Assembly: GCA_031425655.1 (NCBI GenBank)
Contig: JANPJS010000277.1
Coordinates: forward strand, 1-15,578
Reading direction: 5' to 3'
DNA from: Abditibacteriaceae bacterium
Lineage (GTDB): Bacteria > Armatimonadota > Abditibacteriia > Abditibacteriales > Abditibacteriaceae
Length of the DNA: 15,578 bases
The position numbers and the translations under genes were made by a program. Every line of letters starts with the position of its first letter. The stretch's first letter is position 1. Below are positions 15,402-15,578 of this stretch, piece after piece. Below the pieces are notes generated by a model, which made no database searches, was not told the origin of the DNA, and saw nothing but the letters and a program-made list of their open reading frames with translations.

Positions 15402-15548
15402 AGATTCACCGCAGAGAACGCGGAGGACGCCGAGAAAACAAGAGCAAACACCAAAACGCGCCGGGTGGTGTTTGGGCATCCCGCGGGGTTTTTTGTGGGC
15501 TTTCCCATATTTTTGTAGGCGTGCTCCGCGTTATGTGCGGTGTATCTT
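15401..15548. repeat. 9-nt-periodic (CGCNGAG) palindromic element after the stop codon
   Basis: 15401-15431 pairs with 15518-15548 at 27 of 31 positions. CGCAGAG, CGCGGAG and CGCCGAG start at 15410, 15419 and 15428. An inner hairpin pairs CAAACACCA (15445-15453) with TGGTGTTTG (15466-15474). Confidence 0.8.
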
Positions 15549-15578
15549 AAAAAAAAATCCAAACCCAGTGTGCATTTG

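Overview
GC-rich bacterial window from a diderm, inferred from a gene for an outer-membrane beta-barrel. Left to right: (1) A broken nucleotidyltransferase gene (153-497) whose middle is replaced by a perfect 29-bp inverted repeat. (2) A + strand four-gene run of two divergent pairs, each a planctomycete-type cytochrome c/DUF1549/DUF1553 (PSD1) di-heme protein plus a Tat-exported DUF1501 protein (605-9336), ending at a bidirectional terminator. (3) A convergent - strand nitrate/nitrite ABC uptake operon: NrtA-like Tat lipoprotein, permease, ATPase and an alginate-export-family porin (9416-14217). Its upstream region has GlnR-box-like 11-bp-period repeats. (4) A divergent secreted beta-propeller protein (14463-15401). 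The most unusual layer is a set of six palindromic REP/MITE-like elements of several sequence types. One 9-nt-periodic palindrome supplies the start codon and nearly the whole predicted signal peptide of a ~1020-aa cytochrome. One sits in the ABC operon between 12-bp direct repeats that copy the end of the permease gene. One replaces the core of the nucleotidyltransferase. All family assignments come from motif recognition by eye; no searches were run.
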